Part shown: positions 53,478 through 64,000 of the stretch, one piece after another
Numbering within the stretch: the first letter of the stretch is position 1
How the letters are laid out: each line of letters opens with the position of its first letter
Origin: Eledone cirrhosa
Taxonomy: Eukaryota
DNA: 64,000 bases
Direction: 5' to 3'
NCBI GenBank assembly: GCA_964016885.1
Contig: OZ024745.1
Location: forward strand, 84,320,001-84,384,000
Made by a program: the position numbers and the translations under genes
Notes under the pieces: generated by a model
Databases searched by the model: none
What the model was told of the DNA's origin: nothing
Seen by the model: the letters and a program-made list of their open reading frames with translations, nothing else

Positions 53478-56400
53478 TTGTCAGTGTTGAACAAACGAGC
53501 AACGGTGGTTGCTAGACACTACGGCTTAATACGGGATGTTTGTTTACAAACACACCGAGCATTATAATAAATGCTCGGTGAATCCATACGTACATATATA
53601 TATGTGTGCATGTATATATATATATATACATACTACTGTACGTCTTTATACATATATGTATCTACGTATACATACTTATATTTAAGTAACAGCCGTACTA
53701 AGAGTGGGAAATGAAATTTAGTTTCACTTTTTCCGTTTATCGTTTTCGGTGCACCCGGCCGATTAACCCACTCGATATGCAAATAGGGCTACTCGGCCGT
53801 TAATATGCATAAGGAAAGTATATACTTTCGGATGTTCAATCATCTGGCAGGATGGTATACGTTGCTGACGATAGCTAATAAGCTTGAAACTAGTACAGCG
53901 TCCCTTTGTCAGTGTTGAACAAATGAGCAACGGTGGTTGCTAGACACTACGGCTTAATACGGGATGTTTGTTTACAAACACACCGAGCATTATAATAAAT
54001 GCTCGGTGAATCCATACGTACATATATATATGTGTGCATGTATATATATATATATATACATACTACTGTACGTCTGTATACATATATGTATGTACGTATA
54101 CATACTTATATATAAGTAACAGCCGTACTAAGAGTGGGAAATGAAATTTGGTTTCATTTTTCCGTTTATCGTTTTCGGTGCACTCGGTCGATTAACCCAC
54201 TTGATATGCAAATTGGGCTACTCAGCCGTTAATATGCATAAGGAACGTATATTATTTCGGACGTTCAATCAGCTGGCAGGATGGTATACGTTGCTGACGA
54301 TAGCTAATAAGCTTGAAACTAGTACAGCGTCCCTTTGTCAGTGTTGAACAAATGAGCAACGGTGGTTGCTAGACACTACGGCTTAATACGGGATGTTTGT
54401 TTACAAACACACTGAGAATTATAATAAATGTTCAGTGAATCAGCACGTACTTATATATATATGCCTGCATGTATGTATATATATAGACATACTACTGTGC
54501 GTCTGTATACATATATGTATGTACGTATACATACTTATATTTAAGTAACTGCCGTACTAAGAGTGGGAAATGAAATTTCGTTTCTTTTTTCCGTTTATCG
54601 TTTTCGGTGCACTCGGCCGATTAACCCACTTGATATGCAAATTAGGCTACTCAACCGTTAATATGCATAAGGAAACTATATACTTTCGGACATTCAATCA
54701 TCTGGCAGGAAGGTATACGTGCTAACGATAGCTAATAAGCTTGAAACTAGTACAGCGTTCCTTTGTCAGTGTTGAACAAACGAGCGACGGTGGTTTGCTA
54801 GACACTACAGCTTAATACGGGATGTTTGTTTACAAACACACCGAGCTTTATGATAAATGTTCGGTGAATCCATACGTACATATATATATATGTGTGCATG
54901 TATGTATATATACATACATACTACTGTACGTCTGTATACATATATGTATTTACATATACATACTTATAATTAAGTAACAGCCGTACTAAGAGTGGGAAAT
55001 GAAATTTTGTTTCTTTTTTCCGTTTATCGTTTTCGGTGCACTCGGTCGATTAACCCACTTGATATGCACATTAGGCTACTCAACCGTTAATATGCATAAG
55101 GAACTATATACTTTCGGACGTTCAATCATCTGGCAGGATGGTATACGTTGCTGAAGATAGCTAATAAGCTTGAAACTAGTACAGCGTTCCTTTGTCAGTG
55201 TTGAACAAACGAGCGACGGTGGTTTGCTAGACACTACAGCTTAATACGGGATGTTTGTTTACAAACACACCGAGCTTTATAATAAATGTTCGGTGAATCC
55301 ATACGTATATATGTGTGTGCATGTATGTATATATACATACATACTACTGTACGTCTGTATACATATATGTATGTACGTATACATACTTATATTTAAGTAA
55401 CAGCCGTACTAAGAGTGGGAAATGAAATTTCGTTTCTTTTTTCCGTTTATCGTTTTCGGTGCACTCGGCCGATTAACCCACTTGATATGCAAATTAGGCT
55501 ACTCAACCGTTAATATGCATAAGGAAACTATATACTTTCGGACGTTCAATCATATGCCAGGAAGGTATACGTTGCTGACGATAGGTAATAAGCTTGAAAC
55601 TAGTACAGCGTTCCTTTGTCAGTGTTGAACAAACGAGCAACGGTGGTTGCTAGACACTACGGCTTAATACGGGATGTTTGTTTACAAACACAGCGAGTAT
55701 TATAATAAATGTTCGGTGAATCCATACGTAAATATATATATATATGTGTGCATGTATGTATATATATATACATTCTACTGTACGTCTGTATACATATATG
55801 TATGTACGTATACATACTTATCTTTAAGTAACAGTCGTAATAAGAGTGGGAAATTAAATTTAGTTTAATTTTTTCAATTTATCGTTTTCGGTGCACCCGG
55901 CCGATTAACCCACTCGATGTGCAAATTAGGCTACTCAGCCGTTAATATGCATAAGGAAACTATATACTTTCGGACGTTCAATCATCTGGCAGGAAGGTAT
56001 ACGTGCTAACGATAGCTAATAAGCTTGAAACTAGTACAGCGTTCCTTTGTCAGTGTTGAACAAACGAGCAACGGTGGTTACTTGACACTGCGGCTTAATA
56101 CGGGATGTTTATTCACAAACACAGCGAGCATTATGATAAATGTTCGGTCAATCCATACGTACGTATATATATATGTGTGCATGTATGTATATATATATAC
56201 ATACTACTGTGCGTCTGTATACATATATGTATGTACGTATACATACTTATATTTAAGTAACAGCCGTACTAAGAGTGGGAAATGAAATTTGGTTTCATTT
56301 TTCCGTTTATCGTTTTCGGTGCACTCGGTCGATTAACCCACTTGATATGCAAATTGAGCTACTCAGCCGTTAATATGAATAAGGAAACTATATGCTTTCG

Positions 56401-59400
56401 GACGTTCAATCATCTGGCAGGATGGTATAGGTTGCTGACGATAGCTAATAAGCTTGAAACTAGTGCAGCGTTTCTTTGTCAGTGTCGAACAAACGAGCAA
56501 CGTTGGTTGCTAGACACAACGGCTTAATACGGGATGTTTGTTTAAAAACACACCGAGCATTAAAATAAATGCTCGGTGAATCCATACGTACATATATACG
56601 TGTGAATGTATGTATACATATATATACATACTACTGTACGTCTGTATGCATATATATATGTACGTATACATACTTATATTTAAGTAACAGCCGTACTAAG
56701 AGTGGGAAATGAAATTTGGTTTCATTTTTCCGTTTATCGTTTTCGGTGCACTCGGTCGATTAACCCACTTGATATGCAAATTGAGCTACTCAAACGTTAA
56801 AATGCATAAGGAAACTATATGCTTTCGGACGTTCAATCATCTGGCAGGATGGTATACGTTGCTGACGATAGCTAGTAAACTTGAAACCAGTGCAGCGTTC
56901 CTTTATCAGTGTTGAACAAATGAGCAACGGTGGTTGCTAGACACTACGGCTTAATACGGGATGTTTGTTTACAAACACACCGAGCATTATAATAAATGCT
57001 TGGTGAATCCATACGTACATATATATATGTGTGCATGTATTTATATATATATACATACTACTGTACGTATGTATACATATATGTTTGTATCTATACATAC
57101 TTATATTTAAGTAGCAGCCGTACTAAGCGTGGGAAATGAAATTTCGTTTCATTTTTCCGTTTATCAATTTCGGTGCACTCGGTCGATTAACCCACTTGAT
57201 ATGCAAATTGGGCTACTCAGCCGATAATATGCATAGGGAAAGTATATACTTTCGGACGTTCAATCATCTGGCAGGAATGTATAGGTTGCTGACGATAGCT
57301 AATAAGCTAGAAACTAGTACAGCGTTCCTTTGTCAGTGTTGAACAAACGAGCAACGGTGGTTTGCTAGACACTACAGCTTAATACGGGATGTTTGTTTAC
57401 AAACACACCGAGCTTTATAATAAATGTTCGGTGAATCCATACGTACATATATATATATGTGTGCATGTATGTATATATACATACATACTACTGTACGTCT
57501 GTATACATATATGTATGTACGTATACATACTCATACTTAAGTAACAGCCGTACAAAGAGTGGGAAATGAAATTTCGTTTCATTTTTCCGTTTATCAATTT
57601 CGGTGCACTCGGTCGATTAACCCACTTGATATGCAAATTGAGCTACTCAGCCGTTAATATGCATAAGGAAAGTATATACTTTCGGACGTTCAATCATCTG
57701 GTAGGATGGTATACTTTGCTGACGATAGCTAATAAGCTTGAAACTAGTACAGCGTTCCTTTGTCAGTGTTGAACAAACAAGCAACGGTGGTTACTAGACA
57801 CTGCGGTTTAATACGGGATGTTTGTTTACAAACACAGCGAGCATTATAATAAATGTTCGGTGAATCCATACGTACATATATATATATGTGTGCATGTATA
57901 TATATATATATACATACTAATGTGCGTCTGTATACATATATGTATGTACGTATACATACTTATATTTAAGTAACCGACGTACTAAGAGTGGGAAATGAAA
58001 TTTCGTTTCATTTTTTCCGTTTATCGTTTTCGGTGCACCCGGCCGAGTAACCCAGTCGATATGAAAATTGGGCTACTCTGCCGTTAATATGCATAAGGAA
58101 ACTATATACTTTCGGACGTTCAATTATCTGGCAGGAAGGTATACGTTGCTGACAATAGCTAATAAGCTTGAAACTAGTACAGCGTTCCTTTGTCAGTGTT
58201 GAACAAACGAGCAACGGTGGTTTGCTAGACACTACGGCTGAATACGGGATGTTTGTTTACAAACACACCGAGCTTTATAATAAATGTTCGGTGAATCCAT
58301 ACGTACATCTATATATGTGTGCATGTATGTATAAATATATATATATATACATACTATTATACGTCTGTATACATATACATACGTATACATACTTATATTT
58401 AAGTAACAGCCGTACTATGAGTGGGAAATGAAATTTCGCTCCATTTTTTCCGTTTATCGTTTTCGGTGTAACCGGCCGATTAACCCACTCAATATAAAAA
58501 TTGGGCTACTCAGCCGTTAATATGCATAAGGAAAGTATATACTTTCAGACGTTCAATCACCTGGCAGGAAAGTATACGTTGCTGACGATAGCTAATAAGC
58601 TTAAACTAGTACAGCGTTCCTTTGTCAGTGTTGAACAAACGAGCAACGGTGGGTTGTTGGACACTACGGCTTAATACGGAAAGTTGGTTTACAAACACGC
58701 CGAGCATTATAATAAATGTTCGGTGAATCCATAGGTACATATATATATATGTGTGCATGTATGTATATATATATATATATACTACTGTACGTCTGTATAC
58801 ATATATGTAGCTACATATGCATACTTCTATTTAAGTAACAGCCGTACTAAGAGTGGGAAATGAAATTTAGTTTAATTTTTTCAGTTTATCGTTTTCGGTG
58901 CACCCGGCCGATTAACCCACTCGATATGCAAATTAGGCTACTCAGCCATTAATATGCATATGCAAACTATATACTTTCGGACGTTCAATCATCTGGCAGG
59001 AAGGTATAAGTGCTAACTATAGCTAATAAGCTTGCAACTAGTACAGCGTTCCTTCGTCAGTGTTGAACAAACGAGCCACGGAGGTTTGCTAGACACTACA
59101 GCTTAATACGGGATGTTTGTTTACAAACACACCGAGCTTTATGATAAATGTTCGGTGAATCCATACGTACATATATATATTTGTGTGCATGTATGTATAT
59201 ATACATACATACTACTGTACGTCTGCATACATATATGTATGTACGTATACATACTTATATTTATGTAACAGCCGTACTAAGAGTGGGAAATGAAATTTCG
59301 TTTCTTTTTTCAGTTTATCGTTTTCGGTGCACGCGGTCGATTAACCCACTTGATATGCAAATTGGGCTACTCAGCCCTTAATATGCATAAGGAAATTATA

Positions 59401-62400
59401 TACATTCGGAAGTTCAATCATCTGGCACGAAGGTATAGCTTGTTGACGATAGCTAATAAGCTTGAAACTAGTACAGCGTTCCTTTGTCAGTGTTGAACAA
59501 ACGAGCAACGGTGGTTTGCTAGACACTACAGCTTAATACGTGATGTTTGTTTACAAACACACCGAGCTTTATAATAAATGTTCGCTGAATCCATACGTAC
59601 ATATATATATATGTGTGCATGTATGTATATATATATATATATACTACTGTACGTCTGTATACATATATGTAGCTACATATGCATACTTCTATTTAAGTAA
59701 CAGCCGTACTAAGAGTGGGAAATGAAATTTAGTTTAATTTTTTCAGTTTATCGTTTTCGGTGCACCCGGCCGATTAACCCACTCGATATGCAAATTAGGC
59801 TACTCAGCCATTAATATGCATAAGCAAACTATATACTTTCGGACGTTCAATCATCTGGCAGGAAGGTATACGTGCTAACTATAGCTAATAAGCTTGCAAC
59901 TAGTACAGCGTTCCTTCGTCAGTGTTGAACAAACGAGCCACGGAGGTTTGCTAGACACTACAGCTTAATACGGGATGTTTGTTTACAAACACACCGAGCT
60001 TTATAATAAATGTTCGGTGAATCCATACGTACATATATATATATGTGTGCATGTATGTATATATACATACATACTACTGTACGTCTGTATACATATATGT
60101 ATGTACGTATACATACTTATATTTAAGTAACAGGCGTACAAAGAGTGGGAAATGAAATTTCGTTACATTTTTTCCTTTTATCGTTTTCAGTGCACCCGGC
60201 CGATTAACCCACTCGATATGCAAATTGGGCTACTCTGCCGTTAATATGCATAAGGAAAGTATATACTTTCGGACGTTCAATTATCTGGCAGGAAGGTATA
60301 CGTTGCTGACGATAGCTAATAAGCTTGAAACTAGTACAGCGTTCCTTTGTCAGTGTTGAACATACGAGCAACGGTGGTTGCTAGACACTACGGCGTAATA
60401 CGGGATGTCTGTTTACAAACACACCGAGAATTATAATAAATGTTCGGTCAATCCATACGTACATATATATATATGTGTGCATGTATGTATATATATATAC
60501 ATACTACTGTACGTCTATATACATATATGTATGTACGTATACATACTTATATTTAGGTAACATCCGTAATAAGAGTGGGAAATGAAATTTCGTTTCATTT
60601 TTCCGTTTATCGTTTTCGGTACACCCGCCGATTAACCCACTCGATATGTAAATTGGGCTACTCTGCCGTTAATATGCATAAGGAAAGTATATACTTTCGG
60701 ACGTTCAATCATCTGGTAGGATGGTATACTTTGCTGACGATAGCTAATAAGCTTGAAACTAGTACAGCGTTCCTTCGTCAGTGTTGAACAAACGAGCCAC
60801 GGAGGTTTGCTAGACACTACAGCTTAATACGGGATGTTTGTTTACAAACACACCGAGCTTTATGATAAATGTTCGGTGAATCCATACGTACATATATATA
60901 TTTGTGTGCATGTATGTATATATACATACATACTACTGTACGTCTGTATACATATATGTATGTACGTATACATACTTATATTTAAGTAACAGCCGTACTA
61001 AGAGTGGGAAATGAAATTTCGTTTCTTTTTTCAGTTTATCGTTTTCGGTGCACGCGGTCGATTAACCCACTTGATATGCAAATTGGGCTACTCAGCCCTT
61101 AATATGCATAAGGAAAGTATATACATTCGGAAGTTCAATCATCTGGCACGAAGGTATAGCTTGTTGACGATAGCTAATAAGCTTGAAACTAGTACAGCGT
61201 TCCTTTGTCAGTGTTGAACAAACGAGCAACGGTGGTTGCTAGACACTACGGCTTAATACGGGATGTTTGTTTAAAAACACACAGAGAATTATAATAAATG
61301 TTCGGTGAATCCATACGTACACATATATATGTGTGCATGTATGTATATATATATACATACTACTGTGCGTCTGTATACATATATGTATGTACGTATACAT
61401 ACTTATATTTAAGTAACAGCCGTACTAAGAGTGGGAAATGAAATTTCGTTTCTTTTTTCCGTTTATCGTTTTCGGTGCACTCGGTCGATTAACCCACTTG
61501 ATATGCAAATTAGGCTACTCAACCGTTAATATGCATAAGGAACTATATGCTTTCGGACGTTCAATCATCTGGCAGGATGGTATACGTTGCTGACGATAGC
61601 TAATAAGCTTGAAACTAGTACAGTGTTCCTTTGTCAGTGTTGAACAAACGAGCAACGGTGGTTGCTAGACACTAGGGCTTAATACGGGATGTTTCTTTAC
61701 AAACACACCGTGCATTATAATAAATGCTTGGTGAATCCATACGTACATATATATATGTGTGCATGTATGTATATATATATACATACTACTGTACGTCTGT
61801 ATACATATATGTTTGTATCTATACATACTTATATTTAAGTAGCAGCCGTACTAAGCGTGGGAAATGAAATTTCGTTTCTTTTTTCCGTTTATCGTTTTCG
61901 GTGCACTCGGTCGATTAACCCACTTGATATGCAAATTAGGCTACTCAACCGTTAATATGCATAGGGAAAGTATATACTTTCGGACGTTCAATCATCTGGC
62001 AGGAAGGTATAGGTTGCTGACGATAGCTAATAAGCTAGAAACTAGTACAGCCTTCCTTTGTCAGTGTTGAACAAACGAGCAACGGTGGTTTGCTAGACAC
62101 TACAGCTTAATACGGGATGTTTGTTTACAAACACACCGAGCTTTATAATAAATGTTCGGTGAATCCATACGTACATATATATATATATGTGCATGTATGT
62201 ATATATACATACATACTACTGTACGTCTGTATACATATATGTATGTACGTATACATACTTATATTTAAGTAACAGGCGTACAAAGAGTGGGAAATGAAAT
62301 TTCGTTACATTTTTCCTTTTATCGTTTTCAGTGCACCCGGCCGATTAACCCACTCGATATGCAAATTGGGCTACTCTGCCGTTAATATGCATAAGGAAAG

Positions 62401-62575
62401 TATATACTTTCGGACGTTCAATTATCTGGCAGGAAGGTATACGTTGCTGACGATAGCTAATAAGCTTGAAACTAGTACAGCGTTCCTTTGTCAGTGTTGA
62501 ACATACGAGCAACGGTGGTTGCTAGACACTACGGCGTAATACGGGATGTCTGTTTACAAACACACCGAGAATTAT
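53478..62575 (+). repeat. Head-to-tail array of ~21 monomers of ~429 bp, one hammerhead position per monomer (retrozyme/satellite-like)
   Basis: Cores near 53865, 54294, 54722, 55151, 55575, 56006, 56435, 56862, 57289, 57719, 58149, 58582, 59013, 59444, 59875, 60306, 60734, 61164, 61590, 62017, 62447; mean spacing ~429. Confidence 0.96.
53859..53901 (+). ncRNA. Representative array hammerhead ribozyme (type I)
   Basis: acgttg CTGACGA t-agct-aata-agct-t GAAA ctag TA cagcgt; stem I can extend via ctggca/tgtcag across an internal bulge; GUA cleavage triplet. Confidence 0.9.
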
Positions 62576-62576
62576 C

Positions 62577-62631
62577 TGTTAGAACACGAAAAGTGTGAAA
62601 CAACAGAATGTTCACTTTTCGTGTTCTAACA
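62577..62631. repeat. Perfect 19-bp inverted repeat directly after the array end
   Basis: TGTTAGAACACGAAAAGTG (62577-62595) / CACTTTTCGTGTTCTAACA (62613-62631). Confidence 0.9.
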
Positions 62632-64000
62632 TATATGCGTAGCTTCTTAAAAAATTTTTCGGGGATAGCCGTGGTGGTGGTGATCGTATGTCATTGGCTA
62701 ATTTTCAACCAATCAGAGTACCTCTCTCTATATCTCTTCCACTGTTACTTACGCCTGTTTCTCTCTATCTGTTCCGTCTCTATATATATCTCTTACTCTT
62801 TCGCTTTGCACTCCTCCCCTTCAATACCATCTCTCCCCCTCTCTATATATTTGTTACTCTATCGCTGCACGCTCCTCTCCTTCAATATATCAATTACACA
62901 CGCTTTACACTCCTTTATCCCCAGCGCCCCTATATATACCCCCCCCCATCTCCCGCATCTATATTTTAATGTACCGTTGCACCGTGAATATATGTGTCTA
63001 TATATATATACATATATATTGTATATACACATTCATGTATGTGTATACACACTCATGTATGTATATACACTGGTTTTATGTGTGTATTGTAAATTTGTAC
63101 TGTTAAAACACGAAACTAACATTCGATTGACACTTTGAGTACCTGTACAGGCAATAGTTATTAGAATGCTGTTGAAGTGTGTATATATTTTTGGGGGACA
63201 TCCTGTATATACACACATTATATATAATACAATAAACAGATAAATACACACATATATATATGAGCTTATTTAATTATAAATATTGTGAATTTTTAACTCA
63301 GTTCAATTATATATATAAATGGTTTCTACAGGACTAGAACTGTTTCATTCGAAAGAAATCATCATAATATTGAGAGTGGGGACTAGATAAAATATTTCAA
63401 ATCAAATGTGTATAAGTTATAAGTTAAAATGTATAAATAGAGACGATAGTGGAGGTATATCTGTTTAGTGGAACAGTAGACGATAGAATTAAATACAGAC
63501 GATAATCTCCCTTTAATGAAACAGCAGACGATAGAATTAAGGCAATTTAAATTTTAAGCATTTGCATTTTTGCCTTTCATCGTTACGGGGTCGATAAAAT
63601 AAAGTACCAGTAATACACTGTCAATAGACGACTTTCAAATTGAATTGTTGGTTCCATTTCTTTAGTATTTTCAATTGTAGTTATCTACTTAAAAAGCGTT
63701 ACACGGTTAGAGACATAATTCGTAAGTTATATCTTCCCTATTAAACCATTGCATTATTTCGCCTACAATAGAACAAAAATGAAATGTTCTTTAAAGAAAC
63801 AGGAATATAACTTTATAAAAAAAAAAGTTGCATCCGCTTCTTTTATCATTGATAATTTTTTCGTTTTAATATTAATTGTTTTTTGTAGTTGTTTATATTA
63901 AAAATCTTACTGTAATATTTACTTAAACGAAGGCAAACATCTAAACTTATAGATTAATCTTGAGCGAAGGACTAGATAAATCTCTCTCCCTCTCTCTCTC

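Noticed and set aside
54141-62500. Recurrent 68-aa ORF (MKFRFFFPFIVFGALGRL...) that looks like a signal-peptide gene cluster
   Set aside because: It recurs because the DNA unit recurs; it is frameshifted or stopped in many units, absent from the dispersed copy's ORF track and overlaps the ribozyme.
53478-62575. CRISPR-like array
   Set aside because: Whole units repeat with no unique spacers; no cas genes; eukaryotic context.
63325-63372. ATGATGA...GAAA on -
   Set aside because: Core mismatch and no stem I.

Overview
Eukaryotic, AT-rich, repeat-dominated DNA in which I found no host gene. The (TA)n/(CA)n microsatellites and an abundant ~190-bp tRNA-derived SINE suggest an octopus/cephalopod genome (inference). 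It holds decayed RTE, L1/Tx1, CRE-like and Ingi-like LINEs, a Chapaev3-like transposon, two Helitrons and a two-LTR CsRn1-clade Gypsy element. The main signal is hidden in non-coding sequence: type I hammerhead ribozymes (stem I-CTGANGA-stem II-GAAA-stem III-TH-stem I). (1) A ~9.7-kb array of ~429-bp monomers (52818-62575) carries one hammerhead position per monomer (21 on +, 2 inverted), i.e. a retrozyme/satellite-2-like system predicted to make monomeric or circular RNA, with a dispersed copy at 4060-4630. (2) About 15 more hammerheads of mostly unrelated sequence lie in short inserts near (TA)n tracts, many as foldback inverted repeats; one insert retains a Penelope GIY-YIG endonuclease fragment. 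All RNA structures were read and paired by eye, not computed.
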